Assembly: GCA_028279275.1 (NCBI GenBank)
Contig: JANQOB010000012.1
Coordinates: 20,203 to 84,202, forward strand
DNA length: 64,000 nucleotides
From: Gammaproteobacteria bacterium
GTDB lineage: Bacteria; Pseudomonadota; Gammaproteobacteria; UBA4575
Direction of reading: 5' to 3'
The notes beneath the pieces are model-generated. The model was not told the DNA's origin and ran no database searches. It saw nothing but the letters and a program-made list of their open reading frames with translations. Shown piece after piece: positions 1 through 9,879 of the stretch. Position numbers and translations under genes: made by a program. Each line of letters opens with the position of its first letter. Position 1 is the stretch's first letter.

Positions 1-2
1 TT

Positions 3-815
3 AAAGATGTGTTGATCATCGATACAGCTGGGCGATTACATATCGATGAAGAAATGATGCAAGAAATTATTTCACTACACCAGACAGTTCAGCCGGCAGA
101 AACCTTATTTGTTGTAGACAGTATGAGTGGACAAGATGCGGCGAACTCAGCAAAGGCATTTAATGAAGCATTACCGCTCACGGGTGTGATACTGACTAAG
201 ACAGATGGTGATGCGCGTGGGGGCGCGGCGTTATCGGTACGTCACATTACCGGAAAGCCTATTAAATTCTTAGGTACAGGAGAAAAAGCTACTGCATTAG
301 AACCGTTCCATCCTGATCGCGTGGCCTCCCGAATACTGGGAATGGGTGACGTGGTTAGCTTGGTAGAAGAAGTTGAACAAAAAGTTGATAAGCAAAAAGC
401 ACAAAAACTTGCCAGGAAAATTAAAAAAGGTAAAAGCTTCAATATGCTCGATCTAAAAAGTCAGTTAGAGCAGATGATGAATATGGGGGGCTTAGCCGGG
501 ATTATGGATAAAATTCCTGGTGCTGCTGGAATGCCAAAAAATGTTCCAGGGATGGGAGATGACAAAGCGATTCATCAAATGATTGCGATTATTAATTCCA
601 TGACACCCCATGAGCGTCGTTTCCCGGATGTGATAAAAAATACTCGTAAACGCCGTATCGCGGCGGGCTCTGGTACCCAGGTGCAGGATGTGAATCGACT
701 ACTAAAACAGCATTTGCAGATGAAAAAAATGATGAAGAAATTCTCCAAGAAAGGCGGTATGCAGAGAATGATGCAGGGTCTGAAGGGTGGTGGCCTGCCA
801 CCTGGGTTTGGTTAG
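3..815 (+). CDS. ffh: Signal recognition particle protein Ffh; C-terminal portion, 5' end cut by window edge
   Basis: SRP54 G-domain motifs (DTAGR, TKxDGDARGG) and Met-rich M-domain in the translation. Followed by rpsP-rimM-trmD-rplS, the canonical operon neighbourhood. Confidence 0.9.
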   Translation, partial: KDVLIIDTAGRLHIDEEMMQEIISLHQTVQPAETLFVVDSMSGQDAANSAKAFNEALPLTGVILTKTDGDARGGAALSVRHITGKPIKFLGTGEKATALEPFHPDRVASRILGMGDVVSLVEEVEQKVDKQKAQKLARKIKKGKSFNMLDLKSQLEQMMNMGGLAGIMDKIPGAAGMPKNVPGMGDDKAIHQMIAIINSMTPHERRFPDVIKNTRKRRIAAGSGTQVQDVNRLLKQHLQMKKMMKKFSKKGGMQRMMQGLKGGGLPPGFG

Positions 816-943
816 GAGCCTATTTTTTCGCACATATCTCTTTATCCCTCGCCTAGAAACTCTATGCCAGCTTTATTTTTGAGCAAATTTACGTACAATG
901 CCCTGCTCGATTTTAGCTATTCATTTACAAGTATTAGAAACAT

Positions 944-1195
944 ATGGTCACCATTCGATTAGCCAGAGGCGGAGCCAAAAAACGCCCTTTCTACCACATC
1001 GTTGTAACGGATTCTCGTAAACGACGTGATAGTAGCTACATCGAGCGTATTGGATATTACAATCCTCGCGCTACGGGTGAAGAAGTAAGACTGAATATTG
1101 AAATGGATAGGTTCGATCACTGGTGTGGGCATGGTGCTCAACCATCGGAGCGTGTTGCATCACTCGTAAAGCAGCACCAAAAACAAGCTGCCTGA
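944..1195 (+). CDS. rpsP: 30S ribosomal protein S16
   Basis: N-terminus [17 protein letters not shown] is typical of S16. Sits in the rpsP-rimM-trmD-rplS cluster. Confidence 0.9.
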   Translation: MVTIRLARGGAKKRPFYHIVVTDSRKRRDSSYIERIGYYNPRATGEEVRLNIEMDRFDHWCGHGAQPSERVASLVKQHQKQAA

Positions 1196-1231
1196 TTAGA
1201 CTAAGCTTCTGCCCAAGCTTGGGCCAAAATC

Positions 1232-1753
1232 TTGGTTCAAGATTCCTACATCCACGTTGGCCAAATACAAGGTGTATTTGGTATCAAAGGTTGGCTAAAA
1301 ATTTTTTCTCATTGTCGCCCTAAAGAACAAATTTTCGAGTACCTAAATTGGCAATTACGTGCACCTAAAGGTGTTGATACTTACGAGTTACAGGAAGCTA
1401 AGCCACATGGTAGTGGCTTGATTGCTAAGCTTAAGTATGTAGATGATCGTACTCATGCCGAAACCTTAAAAGGTGCAGAAATTTGGGTCGCTAAATCAGA
1501 ACTGGTAGAGCTTAAAGAAGATGAGCACTATTGGTTTGAGTTGGAGGGCTTAAAAGTAATAAATGAATCAGGCGAATACTTGGGTCATATAAAAAAATTG
1601 ATGGAAACAGGGGCCAATGATGTATTGGTTGTATCGAATGAAACTGATCAAACAGAGATTCTAATTCCTTATATTAAAGATCAAGTAATCAAACACGTAG
1701 ACTTAGAACAAAATACCATAACGGTTGACTGGCTAAGGGACTATTCATTATGA
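1232..1753 (+). CDS. rimM: Ribosome maturation factor RimM
   Basis: Position between rpsP and trmD. About 170 aa, with the PRC-barrel-like C-terminus expected for RimM. Confidence 0.8.
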   Translation: MVQDSYIHVGQIQGVFGIKGWLKIFSHCRPKEQIFEYLNWQLRAPKGVDTYELQEAKPHGSGLIAKLKYVDDRTHAETLKGAEIWVAKSELVELKEDEHYWFELEGLKVINESGEYLGHIKKLMETGANDVLVVSNETDQTEILIPYIKDQVIKHVDLEQNTITVDWLRDYSL

Positions 1754-2487
1754 AATTTAGTGTGATCACGCTATTTCCAGAATTGGTTCTTAATTTATCT
1801 AAGTATGGTGTGGTAGGACGCGCCATCGAGGAAAAATTAGCAGATTTGGAAGTCTTTAATCCCCGAAATTATTCTGATGACCCAAATCGTCGCATAGACG
1901 ATCGTCCCTATGGCGGCGGCCCGGGCATGGTGATGCAATTTGAGCCCTTGCAGAAAGCGATACGGCATGCCAAGGGACAAACTACAAACACTCGAGTTAT
2001 ATATTTGTCTGCACAAGGAAAGCCTATTGGGCATTCAGATATAGGCCGACTAAGCTCTTATGATTCACTGATCTTATTGGCAGGGCGCTATGAAGGGGTA
2101 GATGAGCGTGTCATAGAAGCGGAGGTGGATGAGGAGATTTCAATTGGAGATATTGTCGTAAGTGGCGGTGAATTGCCTACAATGATGTTAATCGATGCCT
2201 TAATTCGTCATATTCCAGGTGCATTGGGGCATGAGGAATCTGCAAACCAAGATTCCTTTGTTGACGGACTACTCGATTGCCCTCATTATACGCGCCCGGA
2301 AAGTATCCAGGGTCTCAGTGTGCCAAAGGTATTATTGGGGGGTGATCATCAAGCCATACAGAAATGGCGCGAGAAAGAATCACTTGGCCGTACTTTCCAG
2401 CGTAGGCCTGAGTTACTAGAGAAACTAAATCTCAGTGATGAACAAAAGGCCTTGCTAGAGGAATATATACAAGAGCAGCTAGATTAA
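1750..2487 (+). CDS. trmD: tRNA (guanine37-N1)-methyltransferase TrmD
   Basis: [11 protein letters not shown]... start and GGGxGMVM AdoMet-binding motif. Its start overlaps the rimM stop by 4 nt. Confidence 0.9.
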   Translation: MKFSVITLFPELVLNLSKYGVVGRAIEEKLADLEVFNPRNYSDDPNRRIDDRPYGGGPGMVMQFEPLQKAIRHAKGQTTNTRVIYLSAQGKPIGHSDIGRLSSYDSLILLAGRYEGVDERVIEAEVDEEISIGDIVVSGGELPTMMLIDALIRHIPGALGHEESANQDSFVDGLLDCPHYTRPESIQGLSVPKVLLGGDHQAIQKWREKESLGRTFQRRPELLEKLNLSDEQKALLEEYIQEQLD

Positions 2488-2501
2488 AGTACGTTACGAA
2501 T

Positions 2502-2846
2502 ATGTCGAATATCATCCAAGAAATAAACCAACAACAGCTTAAAAAGGATCTGCCAGATTTCAGCCCTGGGGATACGGTAGTGGTGCAGGTAAAAGTAAAA
2601 GAAGGTAATCGTGAGAGATTACAAGCCTTTGAAGGTGTTGTGATTGCCAAGCGCAATCGAGGCTTAAATTCAGCCTTCACGGTTAGAAAGCTTTCCCATG
2701 GTGAAGGTGTGGAAAGAGTATTTCAAACACATAGTCCATTAATTGATAGTATAAAAGTGAAACGTAAAGGCGATGTGCGTCGCGCTAAACTTTATTACTT
2801 ACGAGGACGCACAGGTAAGGCGGCAAGAATCAAAGAGAAAGTCTAA
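2502..2846 (+). CDS. rplS: 50S ribosomal protein L19
   Basis: 114 aa with a basic C-terminus. Last gene of the trmD operon. Confidence 0.9.
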   Translation: MSNIIQEINQQQLKKDLPDFSPGDTVVVQVKVKEGNRERLQAFEGVVIAKRNRGLNSAFTVRKLSHGEGVERVFQTHSPLIDSIKVKRKGDVRRAKLYYLRGRTGKAARIKEKV

Positions 2847-2871
2847 ACCCGATCTCAACGAATTCAAAACC

Positions 2872-2900
2872 AACGCCTCGTTAATCGAGGCGTGTTTGTT
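2872..2900 (+). terminator. Rho-independent terminator after rplS
   Basis: Stem aacgcctcg / cgaggcgt with a 5-nt loop (ttaat), followed by gtttgttt. Confidence 0.6.
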
Positions 2901-2960
2901 TAGATTTTTTAAAATAATCTAGACGAGGATCCTCAAGATAAACAAGGTACAATTCCATAT

Positions 2961-3422
2961 ATGAAGCAAATAATCATAAATGTACCCATAGGGAAAATAG
3001 CGGTTAGCTACGAAGACGATTTTGTAACTGAAGTGAAGCAAGTTGCATCACAGACACGGGCAGTAACAAATAAAGATCCTTTTGCGAAAGAAATTCAAAA
3101 ACAATTTAAAGCCTATTTTTCTGGAGAGCTACATGATTTTAATTTACCGTTCTTGTTTAAACAGGGAACGGATTATCAGCTTAAAGTTTGGGATCAAATA
3201 AGAAAAATCTCATTTGGTAAAACCAAAACATATGGGGAAATAGCAAAAAAAATTAAGTCCGGTCCACGTGCTGTGGGTAATGCATGTCGACGCAATCAGT
3301 TGTTGTTATTGGTTCCTTGTCATCGTGTGGTGGGTGCAACAGGTTTAGGGGGATTTATGGGTGATGCGGATGGTAGTTTGGTTCGCAGAAAACAATGGTT
3401 GTTAGATCACGAGCAAGCGTAA
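2961..3422 (+). CDS. ogt: Methylated-DNA--protein-cysteine methyltransferase (Ogt/Ada C-domain family)
   Basis: Active-site PCHRV motif (LLLLVPCHRVVGATG) and a YGEIA helix-turn-helix region. Confidence 0.8.
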   Translation: MKQIIINVPIGKIAVSYEDDFVTEVKQVASQTRAVTNKDPFAKEIQKQFKAYFSGELHDFNLPFLFKQGTDYQLKVWDQIRKISFGKTKTYGEIAKKIKSGPRAVGNACRRNQLLLLVPCHRVVGATGLGGFMGDADGSLVRRKQWLLDHEQA

Positions 3423-3478
3423 AACATTTTATGCATATTCATTACCTAAAGCATGAGTTGCATTGGTGTTGAGAAAAA

Positions 3479-4180
3479 ATGCGCATTCATTATCTTAAAC
3501 ATGTCTCTTTTGAAGGTTTGGGTTCTATGGAGAACATGTTTATTGAGCGAGGTTATGATCTATCACGCACCTGTATGTATGAAGACCAATCATTGCCTTC
3601 TATTCATGACATTGATGCGCTGATCATAATGGGCGGACCGATGGGTGTGAATGATGATGATAGCTATCCATGGCTTACCTTGGAAAAAGAATTTATCGAA
3701 TCCGTCATCAAACTCGAAGTTCCCGTATTTGGCGTATGTTTGGGCGCACAACTTATTGCAAATGTATTAGGTGCTCAAGTTACAAAAAATGTACATGAAG
3801 AAATTGGTTGGTTTCCGGTGAATCGTACTAAAGGGCTTATGGACGCAAGAGTGGAAAATCTTCCTACTCGTTTTGATGCACTACATTGGCACGGAGATAC
3901 GTTTGATATACCAGATGGTGCGAGTAATTTTCTTACCAGCGACGGCTGCGCAAATCAGGGTTTTGCCTATGGTGACTCAACACTAGCACTGCAGTTTCAT
4001 TTAGAAATGTTGCCAAGCAATGTAGAAGCAATCTATCAAGAATGTGGCTCCGCTGATAAGAGCGGCCAGTATATTCACGGTTTGGGTGAAATGCTTGCTC
4101 CGGCCGAGAAGTATCAAGAGGCTAATAATGTACTAAAAAACATCCTTGAAACCTTTGTTTTTCAAAAAATGCCCCAATAA
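3479..4180 (+). CDS. Class I glutamine amidotransferase-like protein (GMP synthase-like GATase1 domain only)
   Basis: The GVCLGAQ catalytic-Cys motif and a conserved His near the C-terminus are present. No synthetase domain follows. Confidence 0.7.
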   Translation: MRIHYLKHVSFEGLGSMENMFIERGYDLSRTCMYEDQSLPSIHDIDALIIMGGPMGVNDDDSYPWLTLEKEFIESVIKLEVPVFGVCLGAQLIANVLGAQVTKNVHEEIGWFPVNRTKGLMDARVENLPTRFDALHWHGDTFDIPDGASNFLTSDGCANQGFAYGDSTLALQFHLEMLPSNVEAIYQECGSADKSGQYIHGLGEMLAPAEKYQEANNVLKNILETFVFQKMPQ

Positions 4181-4194
4181 ACCACAGGAGATAA

Positions 4195-4404
4195 GTGATG
4201 GAAGACAACAGCAGAAAAGATATCCGAGCACTATTAAAAACATTTGGAGTAAAAGCCGATGAAGCCATTGTGGGTCATCTGGCTAAAAATCCAGATGTTA
4301 AACAGTTATCGCTCAAGGTCACACTCGAGGATTTGACAGATTATGGATCTTCTTCTCCGAATGGTGAATTGTCTTTTGTTGTAGATGGTCAAATAAATCG
4401 TTAA
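4195..4404 (+). CDS. Hypothetical small protein (69 aa)
   Basis: ORF preceded by a ggag RBS. No recognisable motif. Confidence 0.4.
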   Translation: MMEDNSRKDIRALLKTFGVKADEAIVGHLAKNPDVKQLSLKVTLEDLTDYGSSSPNGELSFVVDGQINR

Positions 4405-4422
4405 TTAGTTTATTAAGAAGTT

Positions 4423-6339
4423 ATGAGCACGAAGACGGATAAAAATAACAAAAAGGAAGATGCGAAGGAAACTTTGCAGTTTGAAACAGAAGTAGCACAA
4501 CTTCTGCATCTAATGATTCATTCTCTTTATTCGAATAAAGAGATATTTTTACGTGAGTTAATTTCGAATGCTTCAGATGCATGTGACAAATTACGCTTTG
4601 AAGCAATTTCAAACGATTCACTGCTGAGTGATGATTCAGAACTCAAAATTCAAGTAGAGTTTGATAAAGATGATAGGACTGTAACCATTCGTGACAATGG
4701 TGTCGGGATGAGCCGTGATGAAGTTATTAATAATATCGGCACGATTGCAAAATCAGGAACAAAAGAATTTTTATCACAACTCACAGGGGATCAAAGCAAA
4801 GACTCACACTTAATTGGTCAATTCGGAGTAGGGTTTTATTCTGCTTTTATTGTCGCAGATAAGGTCACACTAAAAACCCTTCGTGCAGGGCTTGAAAAAG
4901 ATCAAGCCGTGCAATGGGAATCCGAAGGGACAGGTTCTTACACGTTAGAAAATATTGAAAAAGCAAAGCGTGGAACGGAAGTGACCTTGCATCTAAAAAA
5001 GGATGAGGATGATTTATTAACGAGTTGGCGATTGCGTTCAATTATTACCAAGTACTCTGATCATGTGCCTTTGCCGATTGAAATGCGTGAGGAGAACGAC
5101 GAAGGTGAGGCCACTGCAAAATGGGAAACTATTAATAAAGCATCTGCCTTATGGGCACGACCGAAAACAGAAATTTCAGAAGATGAATATAAAGAATTTT
5201 ATAAACACGTAGGACATGATTTTGCTGATCCATTGCTATGGACGCATAATCGAGTTGAAGGTAAAACGGAATATACATCGCTTTTATATATTCCTTCACA
5301 AGCGCCATTTGATTTATTTGATCAAAATCCTAAACATGGTGTGAAGCTCTATGTACAACGCGTCTTTATAATGGATGATGCGGAAAAATTACTACCAAGA
5401 TATTTACGTTTTGTACGCGGTGTAATCGACTCGAATGATTTGCCACTCAATATTTCGCGTGAAATTCTGCAAAGCAATAAAGTCATCGACAATATTCGCT
5501 CGGGTTCGGTTAAAAAAGTATTGGGCCTGTTGGAAAAACTTGCAAAAAATGAAACCGATAAATATCAAGAATTTTGGAATGTATTTGGTAATGTCTTAAA
5601 AGAGGGCCCTGGCGAAGACTTTGCCAATAAAGAAAAAATTGCCAAGCTAATGCGATTTGCGTCAACACACCAGGAAAGTGATGTGCAAAACGTTTCGCTG
5701 GATGATTACATAGCACGTATGAAACCTGAGCAAGAAAAAATCTACTACATCACAGCAGATAACTATGCGGCTGCCAAAAACAGCCCGCACTTGGAAATTT
5801 TCAAAGATAAAGGCATCGAGGTGCTATTGTTATTTGATCGAGTAGATGAATGGCTCATGAGTCATTTAACCGAATATGAAGAAAAATCTTTTGCTTCGGT
5901 TGCAAAAGGTGAACTCGATCTTGATAAATTAGGCACTGAAGAAGATAAAGAGAAACGTAAAAAAGCTGAAAAAGAGGCCGAGGGATTAATTAAACGCATT
6001 AAAGGAGTCCTAGAGGATAAAGTTGAAGATGTTCGAGTTTCTCATCGATTAACTAATTCTCCGGCATGCATCGTTCTAAGTGAGCATGATATGGCGTTGT
6101 ACATGCAACACTTAATGAAACAAGCCGGGCATGAAATGCCATCCACCAAACCTGTTTTAGAAATTAATCCAACCCATGCTTTGGTACAGAGAATGGAAAA
6201 CGAGCAAGCAGAAGATCGTTTCGAAGATTGGGCTAAGATTTTATTTGATCAGGCGATACTTGCTGAAGGTGGGCAGCTTGAAGATCCTGCGACATTTGTG
6301 AATAGGTTAAATCAAATGATCAATGAGCTCGCCCAATAA
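4423..6339 (+). CDS. htpG: Chaperone HtpG (Hsp90)
   Basis: Classic HtpG N-terminus ([38 protein letters not shown]), 638 aa. Confidence 0.95.
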   Translation: MSTKTDKNNKKEDAKETLQFETEVAQLLHLMIHSLYSNKEIFLRELISNASDACDKLRFEAISNDSLLSDDSELKIQVEFDKDDRTVTIRDNGVGMSRDEVINNIGTIAKSGTKEFLSQLTGDQSKDSHLIGQFGVGFYSAFIVADKVTLKTLRAGLEKDQAVQWESEGTGSYTLENIEKAKRGTEVTLHLKKDEDDLLTSWRLRSIITKYSDHVPLPIEMREENDEGEATAKWETINKASALWARPKTEISEDEYKEFYKHVGHDFADPLLWTHNRVEGKTEYTSLLYIPSQAPFDLFDQNPKHGVKLYVQRVFIMDDAEKLLPRYLRFVRGVIDSNDLPLNISREILQSNKVIDNIRSGSVKKVLGLLEKLAKNETDKYQEFWNVFGNVLKEGPGEDFANKEKIAKLMRFASTHQESDVQNVSLDDYIARMKPEQEKIYYITADNYAAAKNSPHLEIFKDKGIEVLLLFDRVDEWLMSHLTEYEEKSFASVAKGELDLDKLGTEEDKEKRKKAEKEAEGLIKRIKGVLEDKVEDVRVSHRLTNSPACIVLSEHDMALYMQHLMKQAGHEMPSTKPVLEINPTHALVQRMENEQAEDRFEDWAKILFDQAILAEGGQLEDPATFVNRLNQMINELAQ

Positions 6340-6781
6340 AAATATAAAAGACAAAAAACCATTCTGGCAAATAAAAACCCTTGCGGAGATGTCCCAAGAA
6401 GAATGGGAATCCCTCTGCGATGGTTGTGGTAAGTGCTGCTTAATAAAATTAGAAGACGCGGACACAAAAGAACTATTTTATACAGACGTAGCATGCCATC
6501 TTCTGGACCACGACACTTGTCAATGTAAAGATTACTCCAATCGTAAAAAGTTGGTTGAGGACTGCTTGCAGCTAGAAGCGGATGATGTTGAAGATTTTAA
6601 ATGGTTACCACAAAGCTGTGCTTATCGTTTATTGTATGAAGGTAAAGAATTGCCTGACTGGCATTATTTAATTTCTGGCGATAGGCAAACAATCCATCAG
6701 CAGAAAATGTCTGTGCAGAATCGTATTGTGAATGAAACAGAAGTGATGGAAGTGGCCGAACATATTGTTTATTGGGTTTAG
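6323..6781 (+). CDS. ycgN: UPF0260/YcgN-family Cys-rich protein
   Basis: CDGCGKCCL motif and overall length match the YcgN (YkgJ-type zinc/iron-binding) family. Confidence 0.65.
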   Translation: MSSPNKNIKDKKPFWQIKTLAEMSQEEWESLCDGCGKCCLIKLEDADTKELFYTDVACHLLDHDTCQCKDYSNRKKLVEDCLQLEADDVEDFKWLPQSCAYRLLYEGKELPDWHYLISGDRQTIHQQKMSVQNRIVNETEVMEVAEHIVYWV

Positions 6782-6788
6782 CCGCTAA

Positions 6789-7445
6789 TTAAACAATACT
6801 TGCCAAATATCCGTTCTGCCCTTTTATTTTGTTTGTGTAGTGTAATTTGAAATCTTCCACAATAGATTTTTGTACAGCTTCTAAGTTTAGTAAGTTATCT
6901 CTCCATCTTTTTAGTTTGGGGAAATTATTCCAATCTAATAGATTCAACTTTTCATTCATAAAATCTAAACGGATAAGTAAAGGCGCATAAGCAGCATCTA
7001 TGAGTGACAGTTCTTCACCATTAAAAAATGTTGAGTCATTTAAAATATCTTCTACTCTTTGTAAACGAGTCACACATTCACCCATTTGTCCTTTCATGTC
7101 TTTTTCATCTTTATGATTCGCGATTAAAAATAAATCTGCTAAACAGGTTCCTCCATATTCAATCCAGGCTCGATTCTTAGCAAGGGTGAGTGGATCAGAT
7201 GGTTTGAGTGAGCCAGGAGTAACATCGTCAATAAATTCATTTATAACGGCAGATTCAAATAGAACATCTTTATCATCCACTTTTAAGACCGGTACTTTAC
7301 CTAGCGGAGAGATTTCTAAAAACCAGTCTGGCGGATTTAATAAATCAATAAACGTAATATCATACTCACAATTTTTGTGGTTTAGTGTGATCACACTACG
7401 CTGTACAAAAGGGCAAACATTGAAGCTGATAAGTTCTAATTTCAT
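6789..7445 (-). CDS. Glutathione S-transferase family protein
   Basis: N-terminal thioredoxin-like GST fold (LISFNVCPFVQR...) and a C-terminal helical domain. Confidence 0.75.
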   Translation of the reverse strand: MKLELISFNVCPFVQRSVITLNHKNCEYDITFIDLLNPPDWFLEISPLGKVPVLKVDDKDVLFESAVINEFIDDVTPGSLKPSDPLTLAKNRAWIEYGGTCLADLFLIANHKDEKDMKGQMGECVTRLQRVEDILNDSTFFNGEELSLIDAAYAPLLIRLDFMNEKLNLLDWNNFPKLKRWRDNLLNLEAVQKSIVEDFKLHYTNKIKGQNGYLASIV

Positions 7446-7463
7446 GGTAGAAGTAGCTTATAT

Positions 7464-7895
7464 TTGAATCACTGTATTATACGTAAGAGTGTAAGAGATC
7501 CCATGTCAGAATCACAAAAAATTCGTATAGATAAATGGCTTTGGGCTGCACGTTTTTACAAAACACGTGCACTGGCATCTAAAGCTGTGGATGGCGGAAA
7601 GGTGCATGTGAATGGCCAGCGAGTAAAGTCCTCGCGACCTATTCAAGTGGGGAATCGTATAGAAATCACGCGCGCGCAAACGCAGTTCGTGATTGATGTT
7701 ACAGCTCTCAGTGAAAAACGAGGTCCCGCAAAAGAAGCACAGTTTTTATACAAAGAAACTCAAGCAAGTATCGAGCAAAGAGAGCTTCAGTCTCAACAAA
7801 GAAAAATCATGAATTCCAGCCTACCTAAATCGAAAGGTAAACCTGACAAACATCAACGTCGCCAAATTCGCAAAGCGAGTGGCAAGTTAAATTAG
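7464..7895 (+). CDS. hslR: Ribosome-associated heat-shock protein Hsp15 (S4 domain)
   Basis: RIDKWLWAARFYKTRALA S4-like RNA-binding motif with a basic C-terminal tail. Confidence 0.8.
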   Translation: MNHCIIRKSVRDPMSESQKIRIDKWLWAARFYKTRALASKAVDGGKVHVNGQRVKSSRPIQVGNRIEITRAQTQFVIDVTALSEKRGPAKEAQFLYKETQASIEQRELQSQQRKIMNSSLPKSKGKPDKHQRRQIRKASGKLN

Positions 7896-7943
7896 TAAAA
7901 TCAATAATTAATTAGATTTTCTGAAATGAAGATCAGGCTGGGT

Positions 7944-8750
7944 TTATTGATTGATTTTGAATGAGATGACGGATTTTGAATCGTTGTCTACAGGTTTGCC
8001 CATGCTCATGACTCCGCTTGTAATAAGAGTCTGTTCGTTTTTGGAGACGTGAATTTTTTGGCCGTTATCAAATTTAATGTAAGTTCCATTAAAACTATTA
8101 TCGGCTAAAAAGAATTTACCTTCTTTAAACGTAATTTTGGCATGTGCGCGTGACACAAATTTGCCTTGAACAACAATGTCGCAGCTTGGGTCACGTCCCA
8201 CCTGACAGCTTTCTTTTTCTCCTGTGACAACATGCTTTTTGCCTTTTAAAGAGAGCTCAATAGAAGCTTCTGGTTCACTTTTATCTATTGAAAGATCTGG
8301 CTCAGGTAATTCATCTTCAGGTGCAATATGAATTTCTGCAGATTCATCCATTTCTGCAATATCTTCGATTTTATTATTTTTAACAGCGTCTATATTTGTA
8401 GCATCTAAAATTTCATCTTCTAAATCTTTTATAGAAGATACGATATTAGATGATGCAGGCTCGTCATCTTTAAGGGCTTCTTCCAGTTCTCGTGCCCTTG
8501 TATCACTTATATCAATGGATGTGTTGCTGGGTTGTTTATTATCAGCAGAAACTGGAGTGGAAGTTGAATTTTCTTCTTGAGCTTCTTCCTCATCTACAGC
8601 ATTACGTCGGTCGACTTTTCTGCGGCGACTTTTAGTCACCAATACACCATCACTATCAATGAATGGATAGGTGACTTTGCGGCCCCAACGGCGGCGTTCA
8701 TTTTTTCTGCGCTCTTTCATGAAACAGGAGGATATACGTATAAACCCCAA
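7944..8750 (-). CDS. FHA-domain protein with N-terminal bipartite Arg-cluster module (paralog B); probable true start at internal Met (~8720)
   Basis: C-terminal FHA signature (CQVGRDPSCDIVV..VSRAHAKI..NGTYI). N-terminal ERRKNERRR...YPFIDSDGVLV..RRRKVDRR. Acidic, low-complexity linker between the two. Confidence 0.8.
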   Translation of the reverse strand: MGFIRISSCFMKERRKNERRRWGRKVTYPFIDSDGVLVTKSRRRKVDRRNAVDEEEAQEENSTSTPVSADNKQPSNTSIDISDTRARELEEALKDDEPASSNIVSSIKDLEDEILDATNIDAVKNNKIEDIAEMDESAEIHIAPEDELPEPDLSIDKSEPEASIELSLKGKKHVVTGEKESCQVGRDPSCDIVVQGKFVSRAHAKITFKEGKFFLADNSFNGTYIKFDNGQKIHVSKNEQTLITSGVMSMGKPVDNDSKSVISFKINQ

Positions 8751-8873
8751 AGTATGCGGAAATAGCTAACACTTTGAATAGCTTAAGACTATTCTACAGC
8801 CAGGTGGTAGAAACCGGCCGATTAATGTATCTAGAATCCTACTCGTTTTGGTTGTGAGTGAAGCTCAGATTGA

Positions 8874-9389
8874 TTACGGGCAGAAGTAGTGGATGACGTC
8901 TTTTTCTACGTATTCGATTGGGGTGCCGAGGCTGATAATCCCACTGCCGTGCAATTCCATTTTTTCACCCATTAAAAACATTTCACCTTCATCGTTTTTA
9001 ATATAGGTGCCATTGGTGCTGTGGTCTGTGACATGAAATATGCCATTTTCGAAACTAAAGCGGGCATGTTGTCTAGATGTGTAACGATTTTGAATTATCA
9101 CACCACAAGTTTGTGCGCGTCCTACAATGATTTCTTCAGTGTCAGGAAACAATTCACAAACGTCGTCTTTGTGCCACAAGAATAACCGTGTTGCCTCTGT
9201 TTCCTCTTTATCAATATCAGACTTGGTATCGTTCTGAATTTCGATGTTGTTGATTCTTCGGTCAGGAATTCTTCGTCGGTCTTCACGGACTAAAGTTTGA
9301 TCGCTATCGAAAAATGGAAACGGTGGGCTTTCGCTAGACTTGCGACGATCTTCAAGAGTTCTTCTTTCGTTAATGAATTCCGTGCCCAT
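8874..9389 (-). CDS. FHA-domain protein with N-terminal bipartite Arg-cluster module (paralog A)
   Basis: FHA signature (IIVGRAQTCGVII..TSRQHARF..NGTYI). N-terminal ERRTLEDRR..SPPFPFFDSDQTLV..DRRRIPDRR. Confidence 0.8.
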   Translation of the reverse strand: MGTEFINERRTLEDRRKSSESPPFPFFDSDQTLVREDRRRIPDRRINNIEIQNDTKSDIDKEETEATRLFLWHKDDVCELFPDTEEIIVGRAQTCGVIIQNRYTSRQHARFSFENGIFHVTDHSTNGTYIKNDEGEMFLMGEKMELHGSGIISLGTPIEYVEKDVIHYFCP

Positions 9390-9466
9390 ATTTAATTAAA
9401 GTAAAGTATTTAATTACTCACGTCTAATTCGTGAGTGTTTAAGTAACACAGTGAAAGAGTGTTACG

Positions 9467-9634
9467 TTATGTAATGATCAGTAAAGACTGAGTCAGTTGT
9501 GGTGCCCAGATTTTAAACATGGCGTACCCATAGGTTGCAAGACCTAAGAATAACCATATTGCGAGTAAAAAAATTGGAGAAACTTGTTGTTCCTCGAAGC
9601 TGGGTGTACTTGCGTTATCTACAAGTTGTGTCAT
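9467..9634 (-). CDS. Unannotated small membrane protein (55 aa: MTQLVDNASTPSFEEQQVSPIFLLAIWLFLGLATYGYAMFKIWAPQLTQSLLIIT)
   Basis: Hand-translated ORF below the 60-aa track cutoff. It has one strongly hydrophobic helix. Two stem-loops (gtaacac..gtgttac and ctcacg..cgtgag) lie just downstream of its stop. It is divergent from pcnB. Confidence 0.4.
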   Translation of the reverse strand: MTQLVDNASTPSFEEQQVSPIFLLAIWLFLGLATYGYAMFKIWAPQLTQSLLIIT

Positions 9635-9879
9635 TTACATACCTCAAAGACTAGATGTTTGTACTCTAGATGCAAATTTTATCATGATGCTTGTTAAGTT
9701 GATATGAAGCTTTTGAATTTTTTATAGTTTTCATTTGTTAAGTTTTTTGTGTAATTTTATTGACTATAAAGAACAAAAAAGCGCCAAAAATTTAGGATAA
9801 TAAATAAAGATTTTAGATTTAGATGTTATGATAACTTAAAGAAAATATTGAATATTTATGCGCGAATAATTTTATTACA

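Noticed and set aside
242-801. Antisense ORFs inside ffh (242..442 -, 592..801 -), and many similar 60-120-aa ORFs nested within or antisense to conserved genes (e.g. 959..1141, 1837..2034, 10076..10339, 10820..11158, 11920..12222, 18088..18426, 31330..31653, 40946..41257, 44186..44551, 52606..53031, 57371..57895, 62142..62522)
   Set aside because: Each is fully overlapped by a well-conserved housekeeping CDS in another frame or strand. There is no RBS or motif support, so they are typical spurious frames in low-GC DNA.
7944-9389. FHA pair as part of a type VI or type III secretion locus (Fha/TagH or YscD-like)
   Set aside because: No Tss/Tag, Ser/Thr kinase/phosphatase, or T3SS genes flank them. 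Neighbours are hslR, GST and pcnB.
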